Part shown: positions 7,359 through 15,971 of the stretch, piece after piece
Position numbering within the stretch: the first letter of the stretch is position 1
Layout: every line of letters starts with the position of its first letter
DNA from: Candidatus Micrarchaeia archaeon
GTDB taxonomy: Archaea; Micrarchaeota; Micrarchaeia; CAILAH01
Length of the DNA stretch: 18,950 nt
NCBI GenBank assembly: GCA_038740245.1
Contig: JAVYLZ010000010.1
Coordinates: 1-18,950, forward strand
Direction: 5' to 3'
Program-made: the position numbers and the translations under genes
Notes under the pieces: generated by a model
What the model saw: only the letters and a program-made list of their open reading frames with translations
Told to the model about the DNA's origin: nothing
Database searches by the model: none

Positions 7359-8852
7359 ATGCAGAAAAGGACAGATACTGACCTCCGCTGGCTTGTCCTG
7401 CTCACTGTGATTGTTGGGACTTTTTTGGGGCGGCTTGACCAGACCATAGTAAGCTTGGCTTTGCCCAAGATAATGGATGATTTTTCAATAACGCTTTCCG
7501 AGGCGGGCTGGATTGCCACAGCGTACATACTGGCTAATGCGGTGTTCGTGCCAATCTGGGGCAAGCTTGGCGACACAGTCGGCCGGAAGAAGGTTTATCT
7601 TGCCGGGTTTGCGATGTTCATCGTGGGGTCAATTCTTGCTGGCCTCTCATGGGACCTCGGCTCAATGCTTGTGTTCCGCGTGATTCAGGCGATTGCCGGC
7701 TCTGCGGATTACCCGACCGCGATGGCCATACTTACGGTTACATTTGCCGATAGGAAGGAGCGTGCGCAGGCACTCGGCATTTGGTCCGCATCGTTTGCTG
7801 CCGCGGTGGTGTTTGGCCCGCTGATTGGCGGCCCGCTCATTGATGCGTTCGGCTGGAGGTCCATATTCCTGATAAACCTACCCATCGGCCTCATAGGCAT
7901 AATAATGGCGATGCTGTTTATTGACGAATCCGTATCCGAGTCCAAGACAAAATCGTTTGACTGGAAGGGTGCGCTTACGCTTGGGATTGCACTGTCCGCG
8001 CTTGTGCTTGTGCTTGACAAGGGGCTTGAATGGGGCTGGCTTTCAACGACCAGCCTTTCCTGCTATGCAACAATGCTGGTGTTCGCATACCTGTTTTACA
8101 GCATTGAAAGGAATCACCCTGAGCCCATAGTTGACCTTAAATTCTTCCAGAGCAGCGCATTTGTAAGCGCACTTGCAAACAATTTCATAGTATTCCTCGG
8201 CATGATGGGATGTGTGTTCATAATCCCCATTTATTTGCAGACATTCTTGGGATACAGTGCAACTGAAACCGGCTACATATTCATCCCGATGGCATTTGGC
8301 ATGATGCTGGGCGCGCCCATCGGTGCAAGCCTTGTGGGCAAAGTGCCTTCCCGTTATGTTATTGCCGCAAGCACTTTTGGCGCGGCATTCGGCATGTTCC
8401 TGTTTACGGGTCTGGATCCTCGCTCATCCGCCCTAGATGTAATAATCCCGCTTTTTGTGATGGCGTTCAGCATCGGGTTCGCGATGTCCCAGCGCACAAA
8501 CATTATTGCCTCAATAGTGCCGGAGAGCGAGATCGGCAGTGCATCCTCCACGCTTGCGCTTGTCCGCAACATTGCGGGCGCGTTTGGCATTGCGCTGTTC
8601 GCAACCATACAGAAGGATGCGATGGAGAATGCGCTTATCCTCCTGAGCCAAAATTCCCATATCTTTGCGCCCACCCCTGAGGTTATACAGCAGGCGGTAA
8701 TGCTTATGGCTCTCAAGGCGCAAATAATCTCTTTCCGTGTAGTTTTCCTGGCGGGCGCATTGGTCCTCCTGCTCGGCGGCATACTTGCGCTTTTGACGGA
8801 TATACGGGAAACAGATGCAAAAGCAAGAAGGGAAGTAATTGTAATGGATTAG
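7359..8852 (+). CDS. MFS efflux transporter, DHA2 (EmrB/QacA) family
   Basis: LDQTIVSLALPKI, WIATAYILA, GKLGDTVGRKK (motif A), FRVIQAIAG, GPLIGG...WRSIFLINLPIG; about 14 TM. Confidence 0.93.
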   Translation: MQKRTDTDLRWLVLLTVIVGTFLGRLDQTIVSLALPKIMDDFSITLSEAGWIATAYILANAVFVPIWGKLGDTVGRKKVYLAGFAMFIVGSILAGLSWDLGSMLVFRVIQAIAGSADYPTAMAILTVTFADRKERAQALGIWSASFAAAVVFGPLIGGPLIDAFGWRSIFLINLPIGLIGIIMAMLFIDESVSESKTKSFDWKGALTLGIALSALVLVLDKGLEWGWLSTTSLSCYATMLVFAYLFYSIERNHPEPIVDLKFFQSSAFVSALANNFIVFLGMMGCVFIIPIYLQTFLGYSATETGYIFIPMAFGMMLGAPIGASLVGKVPSRYVIAASTFGAAFGMFLFTGLDPRSSALDVIIPLFVMAFSIGFAMSQRTNIIASIVPESEIGSASSTLALVRNIAGAFGIALFATIQKDAMENALILLSQNSHIFAPTPEVIQQAVMLMALKAQIISFRVVFLAGALVLLLGGILALLTDIRETDAKARREVIVMD

Positions 8853-8905
8853 CGGATATTGCAGCCCGCCCAGCATAATGTATTAAGCTAATGGGCGCGT
8901 GTGGC

Positions 8906-10201
8906 CTACGGCTTGTACCTCTCAACTGTGCGCGGGAACGGTATTGCATCCTTGATTGTGTCAAGCCCGCAGATCCAGCGCACCACGCGCTCAACACCAA
9001 GGCCGAACCCGCCGTGCGGCACACTGCCGTACCTTCTCGTGTCAAGGTAAAACTCATAGCTTGCCGGCTTCTCGCCCATCTCTAAAAGCCGCCTCTTAAG
9101 CTTCTCAATGTCATGCTCCCTCTGCGAGCCGCCTATGATTTCTCCGTGGCCCTCAGGCGCGAGGAAATCGCACCCGAGCACAACGCGCGGGTCCTCGGGA
9201 TCCTCCATCATGTAGAAGGCCTTCACTTCCTTCGGGTACCTAGTGCAGATGATGGGCACATCGTAGAGCGTTGCAAGTTTTTCCTCTTCAATTGTCCGCA
9301 AATCCTTACCCCATTCAATTTCCATGCCAAACTTCTCCCTGAGCAGCTTCAGCGCCTCTGAATAAGTCATGCGCACAAACGGCTTTTCAACGGTTGGCCT
9401 GAGCTTTGCAGGGTCTCTCCCCAGCACCCGAAGCTCCTCGGCATTCCTCTCAAGCACCCGCTTTACTATATGCTTGAGCAGCGCCTCGCCGTAATCCTGT
9501 ATCATATTGAAGTCCGCCCATGCGACCTCCATCTCTGCGTGCCAGTACTCCGTGAGATGCCTGCTGGTCTTGCTTTTCTCGGCCCTGAACGAGGGCGCGA
9601 CCGTGTATATCTTCTCAAGCGCGAAAATTGCCGGCTCCGCATACAGCTGCCACGTCTGCGCAAGGAACACATCCTTCTTGTCAAAATAATTCACTGAAAA
9701 TAGCTCGCTGCCGCCCTCGCACTGCACGGCCTGGAATATGGGTGACTGGTACTCATAGAACCCCTCACCCCTGAAATACTCGTGTATCGCGCCTATAACC
9801 GTGCTCCGTATCTTCAGGATGGCAGTCATTTTGGTGCTCCTGAGCCACAAGTGCCTGTTGTCTGCAAGGAACTCAATGCTCTGGTCCTTTGTTATCGGAA
9901 AATTCTCGCTTTTCCCGACTATCTCATACGATTTAACGCCCAACTCATATCCTGTTGGCGCACGCTCATCCTTTTTCATTATCCCCCGTATAATCATTGA
10001 TGTTTCTACCTGAAGATGGTCAATCTCATCCCACCGATTCTCAAAATCTTCCCTCCTAAAAAGGCACTGCACACAGGCGGTGGAATCCCTAAGCACAATA
10101 AACTTCATCTTGTTGCTGCCGCGCTCGCGGTGGACCCAGCCGCGTATTTCCACTTCCTTACCCGTTTCGGCATCGGTGAGGATATCCTTAATGGGTCTCA
10201 T
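8906..10201 (-). CDS. asnS: Asparagine--tRNA ligase
   Basis: IRGWVHRER OB domain, NRHLWLRS, FRAEKSKTSRHLTEYW (motif 2), EIIGGSQRE, RRYGSVPHGGFGLGVER...IPFPR (motif 3). Start at ATG 10201. Confidence 0.95.
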   Translation of the reverse strand: MRPIKDILTDAETGKEVEIRGWVHRERGSNKMKFIVLRDSTACVQCLFRREDFENRWDEIDHLQVETSMIIRGIMKKDERAPTGYELGVKSYEIVGKSENFPITKDQSIEFLADNRHLWLRSTKMTAILKIRSTVIGAIHEYFRGEGFYEYQSPIFQAVQCEGGSELFSVNYFDKKDVFLAQTWQLYAEPAIFALEKIYTVAPSFRAEKSKTSRHLTEYWHAEMEVAWADFNMIQDYGEALLKHIVKRVLERNAEELRVLGRDPAKLRPTVEKPFVRMTYSEALKLLREKFGMEIEWGKDLRTIEEEKLATLYDVPIICTRYPKEVKAFYMMEDPEDPRVVLGCDFLAPEGHGEIIGGSQREHDIEKLKRRLLEMGEKPASYEFYLDTRRYGSVPHGGFGLGVERVVRWICGLDTIKDAIPFPRTVERYKP

Positions 10202-10284
10202 GGGAAAGATTAGGCGGTAATGCTTTATAATATGGATATGCGCAGGCCGCACGCTTTTAATTCAATCGCCTGCTAATTAAGCTC

Positions 10285-11580
10285 ATGAGGACGCATTACA
10301 TTTCAGATGCAGTTGCGCTGCCGGATGGCACGGAAGTAACACTGGCCGGCTGGCTTCACGAGGTGCGCGACATAAGGAAGATTTGCTTTTCAGTGCTTAG
10401 GGACAGGAGCGGTAAAATCCAGATAACTGCAAAGGCGGGCACGCTGCCCGAGGACCAGATGGAGATACTGCGCTCCCCCAAGGAGACCGTGGTTTCAGTC
10501 ACCGGAAAAATTGCGAAAGGCAAGGGCGCAAACGCAGGTGTTGAGCTTTACCCGACCAAGGTTGAGCTGCTCGGCAAGGTTTATGGCAAGGTGCCGTTTG
10601 ATATCGCAGACAAGGAAAAGCTACCGGACATTGATGTCCGGCTTGACCACAGGTACGTTGACCTTAGGCGCGAGGAAGTGCAGGCAATATTCCGAATCAG
10701 GGCGACCGTGCAGCAGGCGTTCCGCGAGCCGCTTATCCAGATGGGATTTGACGAAATTGTCCCAACCGCAATTGTAGGTGCGGCAACTGAAGGCGGCGCC
10801 GAGCTTTTCCCGATTGTTTATTTTGATAAGGAAGCATTCTTGGCGCAGAGCCCCCAGCTGTACAAGCAGCTTGCGGTGATAGGCGGCATGGACAGGGTAT
10901 TTATGCAGGGGCCGGTGTTCCGCGCAGAGCCGCACAGCACCACCACCCACCTTAATGAAGTGTACCAGATGGATATAGAGATGGGCTTTGCGAACGATGA
11001 CGACGTGATGGACATTGAGGAGCACGTGCTCAAGCACATACTGCGCTCTGTGGCCGGAAAGCGCAGCGCCGAGCTTAAGCTGCTCAATGCATCTGTAACG
11101 GTCCCAGATAAGATCCCGCGCTTTACATATACCGAGCTCGTTGACAAGCTGCGCGCTCGCGGCGAGAATATTGAGTGGGGTGAGGATTTCACTAGGGCAC
11201 ACGAGAAGATGATAGGCGAGATTGTCGGTGCAGAGGCATACTTCATAACAAAGTGGCCGACCAAGATACGCGCGTTTTACTCAATGCCGTCAAAGGATAA
11301 CCCCGAGGTGTGCAACGCGTTTGACCTTATTTACAGGGGGCTGGAAATCTCTTCGGGTGCACAGCGCATACACGACCCAGAGCTTCTGGCACAGCAGATA
11401 CGCGGCCGCGGCATGGACCCCCTGAATTTTGAGTTTTACATAAAGGCATTTAGGGCGGGCGCACCGCCGCACGCCGGCTGGAGCATAGGCGCCGAGCGGC
11501 TCACGATGAAGATATGCTGCCTTGACAATATACGCGAGGCGGCATTATTCCCGCGCGACAGGACACGGATACATCCCTAA
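10285..11580 (+). CDS. aspS: Aspartate--tRNA ligase, archaeal type
   Basis: MRTHY, RLDHRYVDLR, AFLAQSPQLYKQ, FRAEPHSTTTHLNE, EISSGAQRIH, GAPPHAGWSIGAER...LFPRD. Confidence 0.95.
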   Translation: MRTHYISDAVALPDGTEVTLAGWLHEVRDIRKICFSVLRDRSGKIQITAKAGTLPEDQMEILRSPKETVVSVTGKIAKGKGANAGVELYPTKVELLGKVYGKVPFDIADKEKLPDIDVRLDHRYVDLRREEVQAIFRIRATVQQAFREPLIQMGFDEIVPTAIVGAATEGGAELFPIVYFDKEAFLAQSPQLYKQLAVIGGMDRVFMQGPVFRAEPHSTTTHLNEVYQMDIEMGFANDDDVMDIEEHVLKHILRSVAGKRSAELKLLNASVTVPDKIPRFTYTELVDKLRARGENIEWGEDFTRAHEKMIGEIVGAEAYFITKWPTKIRAFYSMPSKDNPEVCNAFDLIYRGLEISSGAQRIHDPELLAQQIRGRGMDPLNFEFYIKAFRAGAPPHAGWSIGAERLTMKICCLDNIREAALFPRDRTRIHP

Positions 11581-11611
11581 TCCTTTTATTAATTCCCCCC
11601 CATTTTAGCTC

Positions 11612-12346
11612 ATGCTAAAGATGCACTTATCGGGAAAAAAGAATGATTTCAAGGGGTATACCCTGCTTGAGGGGTTCCCCGGCTACGGCCTTGTAGGCAC
11701 AATTGCAGTCAATTTCCTTGTTGAAAAGCTCAATATGGAGATGATAGGGTTTATTGAGTCCCCGCTGTTCCCTCCGGTTGCCGCAATACACGAGGGCAGG
11801 CCCTACCCCCCTCTCCGCCTGTACAAGTCGGACAAGCACAAACTCGTCGTGATATTATCTGAATTTGTGATGGACCGCAAGGTCATAAAGAGTGTTTCCG
11901 ATATGGTTTATGACTGGTGTGAGGATGCGGGCATCAAGCGCATAATCTCGCTTGGCGGCATTTCAATACGCGGCAAGCAGGATGAGGTGTTCTGCATTTC
12001 ATCGGACCCCAATGAGGCCAAGCTGTTTGAGAAGATGGGCATAACCCCAATACGCGAGGGTGCAACCACTGGCATGAACGCGCTGCTGCTGATACGCGCA
12101 ACAACAGGTGGCAAAATCCCGGTGGTATCTCTTCTTGCAGAGGCAAAGCCGGATTATGTTGACCCGCTGGGCGCGGCGATGGTGCTCACTTCGCTCTCGG
12201 ATTACATAGGGCTGAAAGTGGATACCACCGAGCTCGTGCGCGAAGCAATGGTCATAGAGTCAAAGCTCAGGCAGGCGATGGAAGCCGCCAAAAAGGCAGA
12301 GAAGGAATACGCACCCGCCGCAGGCCACGAGCCCATGTACGCATGA
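11612..12346 (+). CDS. PAC2-family proteasome assembly chaperone homolog
   Basis: LLEGFPGYGLVGTIA, PPLRLY, IISLGG, DPLGAA, VDTTELVREA motifs. Confidence 0.88.
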   Translation: MLKMHLSGKKNDFKGYTLLEGFPGYGLVGTIAVNFLVEKLNMEMIGFIESPLFPPVAAIHEGRPYPPLRLYKSDKHKLVVILSEFVMDRKVIKSVSDMVYDWCEDAGIKRIISLGGISIRGKQDEVFCISSDPNEAKLFEKMGITPIREGATTGMNALLLIRATTGGKIPVVSLLAEAKPDYVDPLGAAMVLTSLSDYIGLKVDTTELVREAMVIESKLRQAMEAAKKAEKEYAPAAGHEPMYA

Positions 12347-12411
12347 GGCGCCCCGCCTGCAGGTTTGCTTACGCAAACTTGAAGTGGTGCACCAACCAAT
12401 CATTCTTTTTT
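12346..12411. terminator. Possible terminator region between the convergent PAC2 gene and tRNA-Leu
   Basis: Hairpins AGGCG-ccc-CGCCT (12346-12358) and CAGGTTTGC-ttac-GCAAACTTG (12360-12381), followed by a T tract TTCTTTTTT. Confidence 0.35.
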
Positions 12412-12426
12412 GCAGAATAGGAAAAG

Positions 12427-12661
12427 TGGAGGGGAAGGGATTTTCAGATTTCTTTACGAGGTTTCTTTGGCACCCCGAAAGAAAACTCTTTGAACCCTCG
12501 AACCCGCTAGGGGACCAAGCTTCTCAGCAGGACTTCCTGCAAGGCCATTATAGCCAAAAAGGGAACCCGTTTGGCCCTCAACCACGGATGCCGTGGGTTA
12601 AAGGGCCGCGCCGGGGGCCCTTTCCTGAACCTGGCGCGTTTGACCGCTCCGCCACCCCTCC
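12427..12661 (-). tRNA. tRNA-Leu(CAG) with two introns: 37/38 (12521-12623, 103 nt) and 59/60 (12441-12488, 48 nt)
   Basis: Spliced 84-nt sequence GGAGGGG-TG-GCGGAGCGGTCAAACGC-G-CCAGG-TT-CAG-GG-CTTGG-TCCCCTAGCGGGTTC-GAGGG-TTCAAAT-CCCTT-CCCCTCC-A. Leu-type variable arm and A73. BHB-like central helices TTCA/TGAG and TTCA/TGAA, each followed by a 3-nt 3' bulge. Confidence 0.85.
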
Positions 12662-12730
12662 TGATAATGGATTTCGGTAGGCAATTAGTTGAATTACATG
12701 AATATTAAAAACATATCTAAAAGGCAGAAG

Positions 12731-12932
12731 CGGGCCCAGAGGGATTTCCGTATCGCACCTGTGGCGCGGTTGCCATGGGTGCGGGAGCGCGGGCTCCCTG
12801 CTTCGAACCCTCGACCATCAGATTTCCCAACACTCCCGTTTGCACATATGCGGGGGAGTTGGGCCTTATGGGAGAGGGCTACCCCTCGCCCATATAAGAG
12901 TCTGCCGCTCTACCAAGCTGAGCTATGGGCCC
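12731..12932 (-). tRNA. tRNA-Lys(CTT) with two introns: 37/38 (12824-12894, 71 nt) and 59/60 (12745-12801, 57 nt)
   Basis: Spliced 74-nt sequence GGGCCCA-TA-GCTCAGCTTGGTAGAGC-G-GCAGA-CT-CTT-AA-TCTGA-TGGTC-GAGGG-TTCGAAT-CCCTC-TGGGCCC-G. The T-loop intron has helix TTCG/CGGA plus an AA|T bulge. Confidence 0.9.
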
Positions 12933-12966
12933 ACTTTTACTTTTAAATAAGTGAGAGTTTTTAAAT

Positions 12967-13497
12967 ATGACGATGAGGGAGGTAGAGTGCAAGGTCCTGG
13001 AAGTTGATGTAGGCCAGCTTAAACGAAAGCTTAAGCAGTTGCATGCAAGGCACATATCAACAAAAAGGCTTGTTGCCGTGCACCTTGACACACGCGACAG
13101 ATTTTTCTCCAAGAAACATTGGCTTGTCCGGCTTAGGAGCGATGGCGGCCCGGCAGTCCTTACGCTAAAGATGCGCTCCTCAAAAAAGGCAGGCCTCAAG
13201 TCCGCAGATGAGCGCGAAATAACACTAAGCGGTTTTAAGAGCTCGTTGCGCGTGCTAAGGAAAATGGGTCTTGAGCCCGTCCGCACGCTCACAAAGAAAA
13301 GGGAGAGCTATATGCTCGGTGATGTACGGCTTGAGATAGACAAGTACCTTAAGGAGCTCTCGCACATCCCGCCGTTTCTTGAGATTGAGGCGGATAGCCG
13401 GCGCAAGGTGCTGTGGGCCGCGCGCAAGCTTGGCTACAGTGCACGCGACCTAAAAGCATACGACACGCACGATCTCATCACGCATTACTCAAAATAG
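12967..13497 (+). CDS. cyaB: CYTH-domain protein (class IV adenylate cyclase/triphosphatase-like)
   Basis: N-terminal EVECK (ExExK), VRLR, LTLK, KKRESY...LEID, FLEIEA. Confidence 0.85.
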   Translation: MTMREVECKVLEVDVGQLKRKLKQLHARHISTKRLVAVHLDTRDRFFSKKHWLVRLRSDGGPAVLTLKMRSSKKAGLKSADEREITLSGFKSSLRVLRKMGLEPVRTLTKKRESYMLGDVRLEIDKYLKELSHIPPFLEIEADSRRKVLWAARKLGYSARDLKAYDTHDLITHYSK

Positions 13498-13503
13498 CTG
13501 GCC

Positions 13504-14157
13504 CTATAGCTTCGGCTTGAGGATGCCGTGCTTTTTCAGTGTTGAGAACAGGTGCACGTACGGCGGTGCAAGCCCGCCCTTAACCGCAACCTTGCCTTTC
13601 TTGAGCATTTTTCTAAATTCCTCAAGGTCATTTGCACTGCATTCCACGTATGCATTGCCTATCTCAGAGCAGTGGTGCGCATCCGAGCCGCCAATCCCCA
13701 CCAAATTGTGCTTTTTGGCATAATCTCTTGCAGAGGCATTGGAGAAGGGGTACATAGCACGTGCATTAAGCACCTCAAGCGCATCAACCCTCTTTGCATA
13801 ATGCTCAAGATTCTCCGGCGCTTTCCTCCACTTGTCAAACGGGTGCGCAATGGCACAGAACGCATCCTGCCCACGTGCCCTGTCCATTACCTCTTCAAAA
13901 TTTTTTGATGCGATGGGCTCATTAAGGAAATAGATAAGCATGTGGAACTTGTTGCCGGACCCCTCAATAATTGTTTTTTCAACACCGCATATAACAGGGA
14001 GCCCCTTAAACTCGCGCCATGCCTCCGCATTATCGTGGTCGGTGATGCAAACGGCATCAACTTTGCCCCTTGAAAGTGCATTCTTAACATCACGTGGGGT
14101 TATAAGGCCGTCGCTTGACCTGTAAGTGTGCATATGCATCTCAACTTTCAAGGCCAC
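13504..14157 (-). CDS. PHP-domain metal-dependent phosphoesterase
   Basis: MHMHTYRSSDG, CITDHD, AHPF, LEVLN, GGSDAH motifs. Confidence 0.9.
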   Translation of the reverse strand: MALKVEMHMHTYRSSDGLITPRDVKNALSRGKVDAVCITDHDNAEAWREFKGLPVICGVEKTIIEGSGNKFHMLIYFLNEPIASKNFEEVMDRARGQDAFCAIAHPFDKWRKAPENLEHYAKRVDALEVLNARAMYPFSNASARDYAKKHNLVGIGGSDAHHCSEIGNAYVECSANDLEEFRKMLKKGKVAVKGGLAPPYVHLFSTLKKHGILKPKL

Positions 14158-14212
14158 ACCAGCGTTATATCGCCCGCAAACAAATAAAAATTAGCATATC
14201 AAACTATACTCT

Positions 14213-15238
14213 ATGAATTTGGCCGTTGAGTATGCACTCCCTTTCATTACAGTGATTTCCTTTGTGCTCACGTATATAGCACTGCCCCCGCTCATACGCA
14301 AGCTTGAGTACAAGAAATTTGTTTCCAAGGATATGAACAAGGAAACCCTCAGGTATGCTGCCAAGTTCGGCGGTGTTGCAGTATTTCTTGGATTTATAGT
14401 TGCATTTTTGCTGCCGCTGCAGCTTGCGCCACAGAGCATCTCCGGTAGCGTGCTGCTGGGCACCGCGCTCGCAATCTCGCTGATTGCATTCCTTGGCTTG
14501 GCTGATGACCTGCTTGACATCCCTGATTTATACCGCGTGATACTGCCGCTGTTTGCCGCACTGCCGCTCATGCTTCTCAAGGTCGGCTCTGCAGCAATCT
14601 GGCTCCCGATTATCGGGGATATCAACCTTTACTTTGGGGCAGTCACACTGCCTTTGGTTGGCACGCTCGGGCTAAACATATACATACTCATACTAATCCC
14701 GATAGGCGTAATCGCGTGCTCAAACCTCATCAACCTGCTTGCAGGGTTTAACGGCCTTGAGGCTGGGCAGGGGGTAATAATATGCATATCCCTTGCGCTT
14801 ATGCTCCTGCTTAGCGGCCTTAACGAAAACAAGATAACAATGCTTTTCTTGGTTGCAGCAATGTGCGGTGCGCTGTGTGCATTCCTGGTGTTCAACTGGT
14901 ATCCCGCAAAAGTGTTTCCAGGCAATATACTCACGTATATGCTTGGCGCGATGGTGGCCGCCGTTGCAATAGTTGGAGGCCTTGAGGTTGCGGGGGCCAT
15001 ACTTTTACTACCTCAGATAATTGAATTTTTCCTGAAGGCGCGCTCACGGTTCCAGGCAGAGAATTTCGGCAAGTGCATCAACGGCCGGCTGCATTATGAC
15101 GGGCCAACTTATTCGCTTACCCACCTGCTTATGAAGCAGTTCAGGCCCACCGAGGTGCAGCTCGTGCTCATGCTTTATGTTGTGCAAATAATCGCGGGCG
15201 TGCTTGCACTGGCCAGCATTCTGCTGCTCGGGCTATAG
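14213..15238 (+). CDS. Polyprenyl-phosphate HexNAc-1-phosphate transferase (MraY/GPT/AglH family)
   Basis: Multi-TM; KDMNK, GLADDL, NLINLLAGFNGLEAG, FNWYPAKVFPGN, FFLKARSRFQAENFG. Confidence 0.88.
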   Translation: MNLAVEYALPFITVISFVLTYIALPPLIRKLEYKKFVSKDMNKETLRYAAKFGGVAVFLGFIVAFLLPLQLAPQSISGSVLLGTALAISLIAFLGLADDLLDIPDLYRVILPLFAALPLMLLKVGSAAIWLPIIGDINLYFGAVTLPLVGTLGLNIYILILIPIGVIACSNLINLLAGFNGLEAGQGVIICISLALMLLLSGLNENKITMLFLVAAMCGALCAFLVFNWYPAKVFPGNILTYMLGAMVAAVAIVGGLEVAGAILLLPQIIEFFLKARSRFQAENFGKCINGRLHYDGPTYSLTHLLMKQFRPTEVQLVLMLYVVQIIAGVLALASILLLGL

Positions 15239-15274
15239 CAAGGTTTAAATTGCGGCGATTTCCCAAATTTTCCC

Positions 15275-15925
15275 ATGGACAAGTTTGACAGAATAGTAAA
15301 CAAACTCGCAAAGATGGGTGTTGAAGGCAGGCTTCTTGAGATACGGAAGTTTGACATTGACAACACCGATCCTCTCTATAGGAATAATATAGATGCAGCA
15401 TACATTGTTGCGCTCAACAAGCTTGCATCGCAAGGCAGGTATGATGAGATAACAATATTCGGAAACATTTGGACGTACATGCAGCTGGGCCACAACGTAA
15501 AGGCCAAGCTGATTGATGTGCTCGGGGAAGCTGGTGATTATCACGTATACCTAAGCTCGTATTACGACAATGAGCAGTCGCCCGAGCTGAGGGCGCGCAT
15601 TGAAAGGCATATGCTCAGCTCAATCAGGCCAATGTGGGAGAGATACGGGCCCGAGTATTTGGACCGTGTTTATTTGCGCTCAACAAATTCAGATACTGTG
15701 CGTAAGGCGGTTATTGACCTGTTTATTGCGAACGGGTACACCAAGCCGGTGCGTGAGCTCCTGGCACCCGATAAATATACCGCCAAAGTGAGTGATGAGC
15801 TGCGGGAATATGCGCAAAGGATGCTTTCAAGGTTACATGAGTCCATTGCAATTGACACTGCGAAGTTCTCGGGCAAGGGCGTGCACGAGACCAGAAAAGA
15901 ATGCCGGGAACGCAGGAAGCAGTGA
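15275..15925 (+). CDS. Hypothetical protein (likely alpha-helical)
   Basis: 216-aa ATG ORF filling the gap; TTTAAAT about 25 nt upstream; no recognised motif. Confidence 0.7.
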   Translation: MDKFDRIVNKLAKMGVEGRLLEIRKFDIDNTDPLYRNNIDAAYIVALNKLASQGRYDEITIFGNIWTYMQLGHNVKAKLIDVLGEAGDYHVYLSSYYDNEQSPELRARIERHMLSSIRPMWERYGPEYLDRVYLRSTNSDTVRKAVIDLFIANGYTKPVRELLAPDKYTAKVSDELREYAQRMLSRLHESIAIDTAKFSGKGVHETRKECRERRKQ

Positions 15926-15971
15926 CTTTTTCAGCTTTAATAATATGGTTTCCTAAATTAGTAGCGGCGAT

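Noticed and set aside
12521..12623. Box C/D guide RNA inside the tRNA-Leu intron
   Set aside because: A CUGA is present but belongs to the splice helix; there is no convincing RUGAUGA box C.
12427..12661. Assignment of this tRNA as Ser or Tyr because of its GGAGGGG start
   Set aside because: CAG anticodon supported by BHB pairing, G37/G38, the Leu-type variable arm and A73 all indicate Leu.
12384..12946. Plus-strand ORFs 12384-12680 and 12689-12946
   Set aside because: Antisense to the intron-containing tRNA genes; no protein-like features.
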